64,000 nt of DNA, from the IMG/VR virus record IMGVR_UViG_3300033070_001349, positions 32,001 to 96,000 of that record; one strand, written 5' to 3'. The notes under the pieces are model-generated. The model worked only from the letters and a program-made list of their open reading frames with translations, was not told the DNA's origin and did no database searches. Made by a program: the position numbers and the translations under genes. Shown here in pieces: positions 46,053-54,343 of this stretch. Origin of the DNA: a virus. Lineage: Duplodnaviria; Caudoviricetes. Positions within the stretch are counted from its first letter, which is position 1; each line of letters begins with the position of its first letter.

Positions 46053-46706
46053 ATGCCCAACCTCCTACGCGCCCTTCGCGGCCACTGGATCCGCTTCACG
46101 ATGACAACCCCCCTCGACCGGATGACCCCCACCGAGCTCGCCCTGTGCCACGAGGCCGCCGACCGCGTCCCCGTGCCCTTCGACGAGTGGGTCAAGCTGA
46201 ACCTCCTCGCCTCCCTTCCCCCTGACCTCCGGGCCGCCGCCAGCGCCGCCAGTGCCCCGAGCCCCCCTGCGATCGAGGCCGCCTACCAGGAGCTCGACCG
46301 GGTGCAGCGCCTCGACGAGGTCGACCTCGCCCTCGACGAGATGGCGCGGGCGGACGAGGAGGGCGACGGGAGCCCCATCTTCGGTCTCCCGCCCGCGAGC
46401 CCCTCGGCCGCCGCCCCGCCCGTCCCCTCGGCCGCCGTCGAGGCGCACTCGCGGATCCTCGGGGGGACCCCCCAGGCCGCCCTCTCCTCGTCCTCCACGG
46501 ACCAGATCCACCCCTGCCGCTTCCACGAGCGCCGGTACCTCACCGGGTTCAGCCCCCGGGACTCGGCCGGTACGTGCGTGTGCCCCGGGCGTGGGGGCGG
46601 CGAGACCGTATGCAACTGGAGCGGCCCATCGGCGCGCTCCTGTGCGCACTTCGGGACCAAGGTCCACCCCATGCCCGCCGCGCACCCCGTCCCCCGGCAG
46701 TCCTAG
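46053..46706 (+). CDS. hypothetical protein
   Basis: codon usage. Confidence 0.6.
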   Translation: MPNLLRALRGHWIRFTMTTPLDRMTPTELALCHEAADRVPVPFDEWVKLNLLASLPPDLRAAASAASAPSPPAIEAAYQELDRVQRLDEVDLALDEMARADEEGDGSPIFGLPPASPSAAAPPVPSAAVEAHSRILGGTPQAALSSSSTDQIHPCRFHERRYLTGFSPRDSAGTCVCPGRGGGETVCNWSGPSARSCAHFGTKVHPMPAAHPVPRQS

Positions 46707-46735
46707 CCGCCCTCCCTCGATTCCTCTACCCGTCG

Positions 46736-46764
46736 TTGACAACTCCCGTTTTGTCGTATAGATA
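46736..46764 (+). promoter_or_regulatory. promoter of replication operon
   Basis: TTGACA-17-TAGATA. Confidence 0.65.
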
Positions 46765-46883
46765 CGATCGAACGGCGGTCAGCTAGCGGACGTTCGTACC
46801 CGAGCCACCACCGCGAATATTCTGCGCGACCGCGCCCCCTGTCCACGGGCGTAGCGGGTCGAGTATACGGACGGGGCTGTTCG

Positions 46884-46897
46884 GAGCCACATGGCTC
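46884..46897. repeat. dispersed 14-bp palindrome, copy 9
   Basis: CGGAGCCACATGGCTCCG in initiator leader. Confidence 0.85.
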
Positions 46898-46930
46898 CGG
46901 GGCGAACCACCACGGGAGAGCACGAGGGAC

Positions 46931-48385
46931 ATGCAGACCGAGCGCGGCGAGTTCTACATCCGGCACGACTACAACTTCTACGACTCGGGCATCCTCGCGG
47001 CCCTTCCACACGCGGCCGTCCTCGTCTACGACCTCCTCCGGCGCTTCGTGTGGCGCTCGGACAGCCCCCAGAAGCCCCTCGTGGCCGCGCTCCGGGCGGA
47101 GGGCTACGTGGTGTCCTCGGCGAGCCAATCGACCCTCGCGGCGCTCCTCGGATACGAACGGCCCAAGACGGTATCGGACAACCTCCTCGCGCTGAAGCGA
47201 CTCGGGTGGGTCCGCACGGTCCAGAGCCGCGGCGGGGAGACCGCCTACGTCCTCGGGGAGATGACCCGGGACGGGATGGGGAACCGCTACGAGGGCTTCT
47301 ACGCCGATGCCATGGGGCGGCTCCTCCTCGACGACCTCGAAGCGGAGGCCAAGAGCAAGCACGGCCCCAGCGCCTCCCTCTACGCCCTCCCCGCCGCCGA
47401 ACGGGCATCCCTCTGTCGGGCGTTCCTTCTCCCGATCCTCGACGACAAGGGGGAGGTGTCGGTCGAATACCGCGGAGAGAACTCGATCGCCCCTGCCACC
47501 CCCCCTGGCGGAAATCCGCCACCCCCCCTGGCGGAAATCCGCCACCCCCCCTGGCGGAAATCCGCCAACGGGAACAGGGAGGGTACTTCGTACCCTCCCC
47601 CTAATGCTGAGAACCCCCTAAACCCCTCGGGTTCTCGGGGGTCTTCGACCCCCTCCGAGCCCGGGGGAGGGGTCCCTCCGGGACAGACCACCTCCCCCTC
47701 CTCGGGGGAGTCCGATCCCTCCGGGGGTCTCCCGGTTCCCCCCGTAACCCCTCCGGCTCGTCTCGCTCCGCTCGACGAGAGCGAAGAGGAGGCCGCCGAT
47801 GGTGCGAAGGGAGGCACGCCTCCCACTGGCGCCGCGACCGCGAGCCGCCGCAAGCCCACGATCCTCCCGGACCTCACCCGGAAGCGGCAGGAGTTCGCGG
47901 AGGCGTCCAAGGCCGCCGCCACGCATCACCTCCGGGAGGACTCGAAGGCGGAGCGGATGACGGCGTCCCGAAAGGGCCAGGGCTCCGACAGCAAGAAAGT
48001 CACGGCCGACATCGCCAAGCTGGAGGGGGTGTGGATCGAGAAGCTCTCCGAGCTCTTCCCCGGCGTGGTGGTCGGGGGGTGGTCGGTCGCGGACAAGGTC
48101 CAGATCAAGCAACTCCTCGGGCGCTACGCCGTCGAGGTCCTCTCCGACACCCTCGCCTACGTCCTCCGGGAGTGGGGGGCCATCAACACCCGGATTTTCA
48201 AGGGGACCGCGAAGGTGCCCTCCGTGCCGCTCATCGCCCGGATGCACACCACGTTCGTCACGGAGGCCCAGCTCCACGCCCGGAGTGCCGCGGCCAAGGA
48301 AGAGATCGACCGCTGGGTCGCCGAGCACCCCTACGAGGCGGTCCCCGAGGCGATGATCCATCGGTGGAAGGGAACGAGCGCATGA
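46931..48385 (+). CDS. replication initiator (lambda O-like architecture)
   Basis: N-terminal wHTH (SQSTLAALLG...TVSDNL..L...GWV); internal tandem repeats; precedes loader and helicase. Confidence 0.8.
   Translation: MQTERGEFYIRHDYNFYDSGILAALPHAAVLVYDLLRRFVWRSDSPQKPLVAALRAEGYVVSSASQSTLAALLGYERPKTVSDNLLALKRLGWVRTVQSRGGETAYVLGEMTRDGMGNRYEGFYADAMGRLLLDDLEAEAKSKHGPSASLYALPAAERASLCRAFLLPILDDKGEVSVEYRGENSIAPATPPGGNPPPPLAEIRHPPWRKSANGNREGTSYPPPNAENPLNPSGSRGSSTPSEPGGGVPPGQTTSPSSGESDPSGGLPVPPVTPPARLAPLDESEEEAADGAKGGTPPTGAATASRRKPTILPDLTRKRQEFAEASKAAATHHLREDSKAERMTASRKGQGSDSKKVTADIAKLEGVWIEKLSELFPGVVVGGWSVADKVQIKQLLGRYAVEVLSDTLAYVLREWGAINTRIFKGTAKVPSVPLIARMHTTFVTEAQLHARSAAAKEEIDRWVAEHPYEAVPEAMIHRWKGTSA
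47495..47567. repeat. 3 x 23-bp iterons, putative origin
   Basis: GCCACCCCCCCTGGCGGAAATCC x3 plus GCCA. Confidence 0.9.
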
Positions 48386-49038
48386 AGCCCGTCGTCAAGC
48401 CACGCCCCCTGGAACGGGGCGACCTCGAACGCATGTGCCTCCCCGAGTCCCTCTGGCGGGTCCGGGCGGACGGCCTCCCCGGGCCCGCCGTGGCGGCCCT
48501 GCGGTCGTACGCCGCCAAGGTCGACGCCCTGGCCCCCAAGGGGGTCGGGATCGTCTTCCTCGGCCCCCAGGGGGTCGGCAAGACCTCCCTGGCGTCCATC
48601 CTCCTCCGCGAGCTCCGGCCCCGGGGCTACTCGGGGCTCTTCCTCACGGCGTGGGACTTCAGGGAGTTCACCCGCGGCAAGGTGCCCTTCGACGGGGAGC
48701 AGCTCTACGGCGAGCGTGCCAGGACGGTCGACCTCCTCGTCCTCGACAACCTCACGGAGCTCGACGGGCAGGACGTGGCCTGGGGGAAGCGCCCGATCGA
48801 GGAGCTCCTCTCCTCCAGGGCCTCCCTCGGGCGGCCCACCATCGTCACCACCCGGATCGGGAGCTCGGAGCTTGCCTCGGGGGCGTGGCGAGGACTCCTC
48901 CCCCTCGGCCGCCTCGTCCCGGTCCCCGTGGTGGGCCCTGACCTGTCCGCCGTGACCCTCAAGCTCGCGGGGGAGGCCCTCCTCGGCCCCCCGCCGAAAT
49001 CCACGATGCCCCCCACCTCCCAGTCGGTGAAGCGATGA
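48382..49038 (+). CDS. DnaC/IstB-like helicase loader ATPase
   Basis: GPQGVGKT, LLVLDNL, PTIVTT. Confidence 0.85.
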   Translation: MKPVVKPRPLERGDLERMCLPESLWRVRADGLPGPAVAALRSYAAKVDALAPKGVGIVFLGPQGVGKTSLASILLRELRPRGYSGLFLTAWDFREFTRGKVPFDGEQLYGERARTVDLLVLDNLTELDGQDVAWGKRPIEELLSSRASLGRPTIVTTRIGSSELASGAWRGLLPLGRLVPVPVVGPDLSAVTLKLAGEALLGPPPKSTMPPTSQSVKR

Positions 49039-50516
49039 GCGACAACCCCTTCGGCGTCGAGGACGACTCGGACCTCGACGACGGCCCCAACCCCTTCGGG
49101 GCTTCTCCGGGCCCGTCCGCACTCGCCGGGGTCGACCTCGACCTCGCCGTGGTGCTCTCGATCCTCCGCTCCAAGAACCCCCGCGCGAGCTACCTCGAAG
49201 CCGTGGCCCGCGGGCTCAACTCGGACCGTCTGGAGGGGGACGGCCGGGCCATCTTCCTCTTCGCGGAGTCGCACCTGAAGGAGTACGGGTCTCTCCCCGG
49301 GCGGGACCAGATCGCCGCCACGCTCGGGCTCGTGACCCCCGAGGACCCGCCCGAGGGGACCCCCTCCTTCTGGGTCGCCGAGGCCCTCTCCCGGGACCTC
49401 CACCGCGAGATGGCCGGTCGCCTCTCCGGGTGGGCCGGGGACCTCGAACACCGCAACCCCCGCAAGGCCTTCGAGGAGATGAGGGCCTGGGTTCGGGAGC
49501 GAGACCGGGACGCGAGCCCCATCCTCCTCTCGCCGTTCTCGGACCACCTCGCCGAGGTCAAGGCCCGCTACCTCCGCCGGAAGGCGGGCGAGCGTGGCAT
49601 CCAGACCCCGTGGCCGTCGGTCAACAAGCTCACCTACGGGATCTACCCCGAACAGGTGTGGCTCGTCGTCGCCCGCTCCGGCGTCGGCAAGACGTGGATG
49701 GCCCTGGCGGTCGCGATAGGCGCGTGGCTCGCCGGGTATCGCGTGCTCGTGGTGACCACGGAGATGGGCCTCATCGAGATCGTGCACCGGGCCGTGGCCG
49801 CCCGCCTCCAGCTCCCCTACGGGAAGTTCAACGAAGGCTCCCTGCCGGAGCACATCGAGACGCGCTTCTTCGCCGAGGTCGACGCCGCCTTCGAGGGCGG
49901 GGAGATCATGGGCGTGGGGGGCGACTTCGACTTCTCGATCGACGCCTACGAGGCCGCCGTCGACAAGGCGCGGCCCTCTGACCCGAAGAAGAAGCTCCTC
50001 GTGGTCGGCGACGGGGCCTACCTCCTCCAGGCGCCCGGGAAGAGCCCGGTGGAGAAGGCCGCCGCGGTCTACAACCAGATCAAGCGGATCGGGAAGCGCT
50101 ACGGGGCGGGCCAGCTCCTCACCACGCAGTACAACCGCGAGGTCAAGGCCGACGACGCCAAGACCCAGTCCCAGGAGCGCATCGCGCAGACCGACTCCGC
50201 GGTGTGGGTCTCGTCCGTCGTGGCGGGCCTCGTTCAGACCAAGGACATGCGCCGGGACCGGGTGGCCCAGCTCAAGCTCCTCAAGAACCGCGAGGGCCCG
50301 CTCGGGGAGACCCTCACGGTCAACTTCGACTTCGAGGCCATGGACTTCACCGAGCAGACCCCCGACGCCGACGCCCCCGGGGACTTCGACCCGAAGCTCC
50401 ATCCCGCGAGCCATGTGGCTCCGGGGGTGTCGGGGCCCTCGGCCCCGATCGACGGCGACCCCTTCGCGGCCTTCGCCGCCGCGCCGATCGACCCGGTCGG
50501 GGACGTGCCCTTCTGA
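49035..50516 (+). CDS. dnaB: DnaB-like replicative helicase
   Basis: ARSGVGKT, TTEM, DGAYL, TQYNR, KNREG. Confidence 0.9.
   Translation: MSDNPFGVEDDSDLDDGPNPFGASPGPSALAGVDLDLAVVLSILRSKNPRASYLEAVARGLNSDRLEGDGRAIFLFAESHLKEYGSLPGRDQIAATLGLVTPEDPPEGTPSFWVAEALSRDLHREMAGRLSGWAGDLEHRNPRKAFEEMRAWVRERDRDASPILLSPFSDHLAEVKARYLRRKAGERGIQTPWPSVNKLTYGIYPEQVWLVVARSGVGKTWMALAVAIGAWLAGYRVLVVTTEMGLIEIVHRAVAARLQLPYGKFNEGSLPEHIETRFFAEVDAAFEGGEIMGVGGDFDFSIDAYEAAVDKARPSDPKKKLLVVGDGAYLLQAPGKSPVEKAAAVYNQIKRIGKRYGAGQLLTTQYNREVKADDAKTQSQERIAQTDSAVWVSSVVAGLVQTKDMRRDRVAQLKLLKNREGPLGETLTVNFDFEAMDFTEQTPDADAPGDFDPKLHPASHVAPGVSGPSAPIDGDPFAAFAAAPIDPVGDVPF
50408..50421. repeat. dispersed 14-bp palindrome, copy 10
   Basis: GAGCCATGTGGCTC in DnaB tail. 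Confidence 0.85.
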
Positions 50517-50562
50517 CCGGACCCCTTGACCCCCGTCGCGGGCTCAAGGTACCCCCGAGGTC

Positions 50563-50937
50563 GTGGAAGTCCCCCCGATCCTCAAGCACATGGCGGCCTC
50601 GATCTACCTGAAGGAGTCCCCCGGCCGGACCTCCCTCGAAGAGGCGCGCGCAGCCATGGCGAAGGCCTTTGCCATGGCCCTCGGCCGGTGCGTCTCGTAC
50701 GGCATCGTCACCGTGAACGGGGACAACCCTCCCGCCCTGACCGCCAAGGGCCACGCGATGAACGGCAAGCACCTCCGCCACACCTACGCGGGCAAGACGC
50801 GGCTCTTCGACGCGCTCTACGGCCACGGGAGCCCCTCTTCGGAGGCGGACGTGTCCGGCGTGGACCGGGGCCCGCAGACTGAGGCCCAGCTACACGCCCT
50901 CGAAGAGACCGTCAGGCGCACCGACGTGGAGCTATGA
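50563..50937 (+). CDS. hypothetical protein
   Basis: codon usage. Confidence 0.6.
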   Translation: MEVPPILKHMAASIYLKESPGRTSLEEARAAMAKAFAMALGRCVSYGIVTVNGDNPPALTAKGHAMNGKHLRHTYAGKTRLFDALYGHGSPSSEADVSGVDRGPQTEAQLHALEETVRRTDVEL

Positions 50938-50963
50938 CCAATCCGGGAAGTATGTGCTAGATA
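50934..50963 (+). promoter_or_regulatory. phage promoter variant
   Basis: ATGACC-18-TAGATA with TATGTGC extension. Confidence 0.55.
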
Positions 50964-50972
50964 CCTAGCAAC

Positions 50973-52079
50973 GTGTCACCGGAAGACCTGACGAAACTGC
51001 TTCGATCCCTGGGGTGCGACCGCGTCCGCGCGAAGAGCTCGGGGTGGGTCGTTTCGACGTGCCCCTTCGCCCGGTGGACGCATGACGGGTCGGTGGACTC
51101 CTCGCCCTCCTTCGGGGTCCTGTCTGACCCGGCGGGGGGCGGGTACCGATGCCTCGCGTGCAAGCAACACGGCCCGATCCGCCGGATGCCCATGGTCTTT
51201 GCCGCCTTTGGCGCGATGAAGGAGGCGGCGGCCGTCTCCCGCTTCCTCCGCACGCAGGCGGTGAGCGCCCTCCCGGAGGTCAAGGCTCGGGCGGAGCGAG
51301 CCGTCGACCGGCCGCCTCCGCGCCGGGTGGCGGAGGTGAGGCCCCTGACCGAGCTCCTCACCACCCCCGAGGTCCCGGTCATCGAGGAGTCCGACCTCTG
51401 GCACTTTATGAAGCTCCCCGAGGAGGTCCTCGCCCTCAAGGTCATCCGCAAGCGCACGATCCTCCCGCGGTCGTACGAGGACTGGCAGATCCGGTGGCAC
51501 CCCGGGTCAGGACGAATCGCGATCCCCACCCGGGACGACCGCAAGCGGGTGGTCGGGATCGCCGGTCGCCTCGGGGACGACGCCAACTGCCACGGCTGTG
51601 AATGCCCCTACGTTGAAGTCGAGATCCCCCACGAGACCGACCCCTCGAAGCTCCCGAAGAAGCGGTGGAGGTGCCCCCGGTGCCGCCGGTTCAGGCCCCC
51701 GAAGTACCTCCACACCCCGGGCTTCAAGCGGGACTACTTCCTCTTCGGCGAGGACCGGGTTCAGCGCGGGTGCCGGGTGCACCTCGTCGAGGGGCAGTTC
51801 GACACCGTCGGGCTGCGACAGTGGGGCTACAACGCCCTCGGGGTGATGGGGAGCTACCTCTCGGACCACCAAGCCCGGAAGGTCCTGGCGTGGGCGACCG
51901 AGGTCGTGATCGTCTCCGAGGTGGACTCGGCCGGGCAGAAGATGGCGGCCTCGATCCTCTCCCTCATCGGCCCCTACGTCCCTACCTCGAACCGCGTCCT
52001 CCCGGGGATCGACGCTGACGAGCTCACGCAGGATGCCGCGGCCGAGTTGCTGGGTCCGCCGAACCTCATCCGCCGGTAG
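50973..52079 (+). CDS. dnaG: DNA primase (Zn finger plus TOPRIM)
   Basis: CPF...H...D..PSF..CLAC; RIAIP; PKY; LVEGQFD; D.AG. Confidence 0.9.
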   Translation: MSPEDLTKLLRSLGCDRVRAKSSGWVVSTCPFARWTHDGSVDSSPSFGVLSDPAGGGYRCLACKQHGPIRRMPMVFAAFGAMKEAAAVSRFLRTQAVSALPEVKARAERAVDRPPPRRVAEVRPLTELLTTPEVPVIEESDLWHFMKLPEEVLALKVIRKRTILPRSYEDWQIRWHPGSGRIAIPTRDDRKRVVGIAGRLGDDANCHGCECPYVEVEIPHETDPSKLPKKRWRCPRCRRFRPPKYLHTPGFKRDYFLFGEDRVQRGCRVHLVEGQFDTVGLRQWGYNALGVMGSYLSDHQARKVLAWATEVVIVSEVDSAGQKMAASILSLIGPYVPTSNRVLPGIDADELTQDAAAELLGPPNLIRR

Positions 52080-52088
52080 TTTCGGTCG

Positions 52089-52117
52089 TTGACCGCCCGC
52101 CAGGAATGTCCTAGATT
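52089..52117 (+). promoter_or_regulatory. phage promoter
   Basis: TTGACC-17-TAGATT. Confidence 0.8.
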
Positions 52118-52179
52118 ACATTCCGTGGCGATGCCACAGAACGGCAACGTGTCGTTGCCTGAAGGAGAGCGAGAGCCTC

Positions 52180-52695
52180 ATGGCACGTAGGATCGTCGAA
52201 ACCATCATCTGTGATCGGTGCACGAAGGTGTACGATCAGCACGTCGCGGGGGGGACGGAGGGGACCGAATCCGCCGCCAACCACGACGTGGTCATCACCA
52301 TCGGCGGGGTCGAGGTCGTCCGCTTCCGGGACCTCTGCGGCCTCTGCGACAAGGTCGTCCACGGCATGATCGACAAGATCAAGCTCTCGGACGAGGAGAA
52401 GGCCCCTGTCTCCACCGCGCCGCCCGGGACCCCGGTGGGCAAGCAGAAGCCCGGCCCCAAGCCCAAGGCCTCCAAGCCCGCCGAGGGGGACAACGCCCCC
52501 GCGGGTGAGACCGCGCCGCCCGAGGCGGCCCCCGTGCAGCCCCCGCCGCTGGAGGCGGCCCCCGCCCAGGCCGTCACGGGCCCCCTCGCCCCCGAGCCCG
52601 CCGCCCAGGCCGAGGCTCCCGCGGCCCCTTCGAGCGCTCCCGTGCCCCCCACCCTGGCCGGTGGCTACGCCGCCGACCCCACCACGCCGTTCTGA
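52180..52695 (+). CDS. Zn-binding protein, loosely Lsr2-N-like, with Pro/Ala tail
   Basis: MARRIVETIICDRC...DLCGLC. Confidence 0.6.
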   Translation: MARRIVETIICDRCTKVYDQHVAGGTEGTESAANHDVVITIGGVEVVRFRDLCGLCDKVVHGMIDKIKLSDEEKAPVSTAPPGTPVGKQKPGPKPKASKPAEGDNAPAGETAPPEAAPVQPPPLEAAPAQAVTGPLAPEPAAQAEAPAAPSSAPVPPTLAGGYAADPTTPF

Positions 52696-52704
52696 GAGGG
52701 GACC

Positions 52705-53616
52705 ATGAACGCCGACAACAAGACCCCCGGCGAGGGCTCCCCCGCCGCCCCCGCCCCCGCCAAGCCCTGGTACTCCACCGGCTACCAGGGCGTCCGCGAG
52801 GAGCGCGTCCGCATCGCGGCCTCGGGCAAGCCCCGCACCTTCTGGCTCAAGCCCGACAGCTCGGGCCACCTCCTCCTCCTCGACGACAAGCCCTTCGTAT
52901 TCGACGCCCACGAGTACAAGCAGGGCGATGAGCGGGAGATCGTGACGTGCCACGCGGGCATCTTCGACGAGCCCTCGTGCTGCGAGATCCTCGGGAACAC
53001 CCGGAGCCTCAACCGCTACGCGGCCTACCCCGCGATCGACCTCGACGGCTACCAGCCCACCGACCCGAAGAAGCCGCGGGTCAAGAACTTCTACACCGTG
53101 CTCCTCGCCAAGGTGGGCCTCGCCTCCCTGCTGGAGAAGGAGCTCGCCGACGAGGGCTCGCTCATCGGCCGCCGCATCCGGTTCTCGCGCTCGACGGACA
53201 AGTCCGCGCGGGCCGGGGACGCGGTGAAGTGCGTCGACTGGGTCGTCGGGTCCGAGAAGGTGAAGTACCTCGACGAGCGGCTCTGGGGCGTCATGTACAA
53301 GCTCGCCGAGTACAAGGGCAAGTCGATCGGGTCGCTCCTGCGCGAGGCCGCCGAGAACCCGGAGAAGTACGAGGCGCTCAACCACACCTTCGACCTCGAC
53401 GCCCTCAAGGACAGGGAGACGGGGAAGCTCATGCTCGGGCGGCTCCCGCTCTTCAACTTCCCCTCGATCTACGCGCCGAAGAGCCCGAAGGAGACCCGCA
53501 TCCTCCTCGCGGGCGCGACCTCCTCGGCGTTCCAGGGCGACAAGTCCAAGGACAAGCCCGACGCCGAGCCGCAGGGCGGCGGCACCGGCCGCGCCGACGA
53601 CACCGTCCCCTTCTGA
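52705..53616 (+). CDS. single-stranded DNA-binding protein (phage type)
   Basis: FWLKP; acidic tail ADDTVPF; replication context. Confidence 0.7.
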   Translation: MNADNKTPGEGSPAAPAPAKPWYSTGYQGVREERVRIAASGKPRTFWLKPDSSGHLLLLDDKPFVFDAHEYKQGDEREIVTCHAGIFDEPSCCEILGNTRSLNRYAAYPAIDLDGYQPTDPKKPRVKNFYTVLLAKVGLASLLEKELADEGSLIGRRIRFSRSTDKSARAGDAVKCVDWVVGSEKVKYLDERLWGVMYKLAEYKGKSIGSLLREAAENPEKYEALNHTFDLDALKDRETGKLMLGRLPLFNFPSIYAPKSPKETRILLAGATSSAFQGDKSKDKPDAEPQGGGTGRADDTVPF

Positions 53617-53655
53617 CCCGCCCCCGCAACCCACCGGCTTCCCATTCGCCCCCGC

Positions 53656-53669
53656 GAGTCATGTGACTC
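53656..53669. repeat. dispersed 14-bp palindrome, copy 11
   Basis: GAGTCATGTGACTC, intergenic. Confidence 0.85.
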
Positions 53670-53718
53670 CGGGGGCTGACGCCCTGACGGACCCTTGATT
53701 CCACCTGGAGGCCACCCC

Positions 53719-54111
53719 ATGACGACCCCGCCCTCGACTCCGCCCGTGATGAGCCTCGAAGAGGCGTGCGCCCGCGCCGCCCACGAGGTGAACAACGTGT
53801 ACAACCGCGCGATCGGCGACACGCTCTCCCCCGCGTTCGACGACCTCACCGAAGGGCAGAAGGGCGCGGCGGTGGAGGGGGCCCGCCACACTCTGGCAGG
53901 CGGAAGCGAGGAGGACTCGCACCGGAAGTGGATGGAGGCCCTCCTCGCCGAAGGGTGGACGCTCGGGCCGGTCAAGGACCCCGAGCTCAAGACCCACCCG
54001 AACCTCGTCCCCTACACCGAGCTCCCCAACGCGCAGCGGATCAAGGACACCCTCTTCCAGGCCACCGTCCGCTCGACCGCGGCGGCCGTCACCGCCGCGC
54101 GCGGGGGATGA
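53719..54111 (+). CDS. RyR-domain protein
   Basis: H.KWM....EGWTLGPVKDPELKTHPNLVPYTELP..QRIKD. Confidence 0.85.
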   Translation: MTTPPSTPPVMSLEEACARAAHEVNNVYNRAIGDTLSPAFDDLTEGQKGAAVEGARHTLAGGSEEDSHRKWMEALLAEGWTLGPVKDPELKTHPNLVPYTELPNAQRIKDTLFQATVRSTAAAVTAARGG

Positions 54112-54127
54112 CCCGCTGGGCCCGCCG

Positions 54128-54343
54128 ATGAAGCTCCTCGCCGCCGCCCTCTACCTCGACCGCCCCTGCGCCATCCGCGCGTCCGTGGAGGACGACGGGG
54201 GCCACCGCCGGGTCATCTCCTACACCTGGAGGACGGCCCAGGAGTCCTCCATCCCCGACAGCTACCTCGACGCCCTCCAGGCTGAGTGCGAGTTCCAGCG
54301 CGCCGCCGAGCTCGCCAAGGACCAGGGCCGACTCCTCCCGTGA
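54128..54343 (+). CDS. hypothetical protein
   Basis: operon packing. Confidence 0.55.
   Translation: MKLLAAALYLDRPCAIRASVEDDGGHRRVISYTWRTAQESSIPDSYLDALQAECEFQRAAELAKDQGRLLP

Noticed and set aside
47495-47567. CRISPR array
   Set aside because: Repeats are contiguous with no spacers and lie inside an initiator gene; iterons fit better
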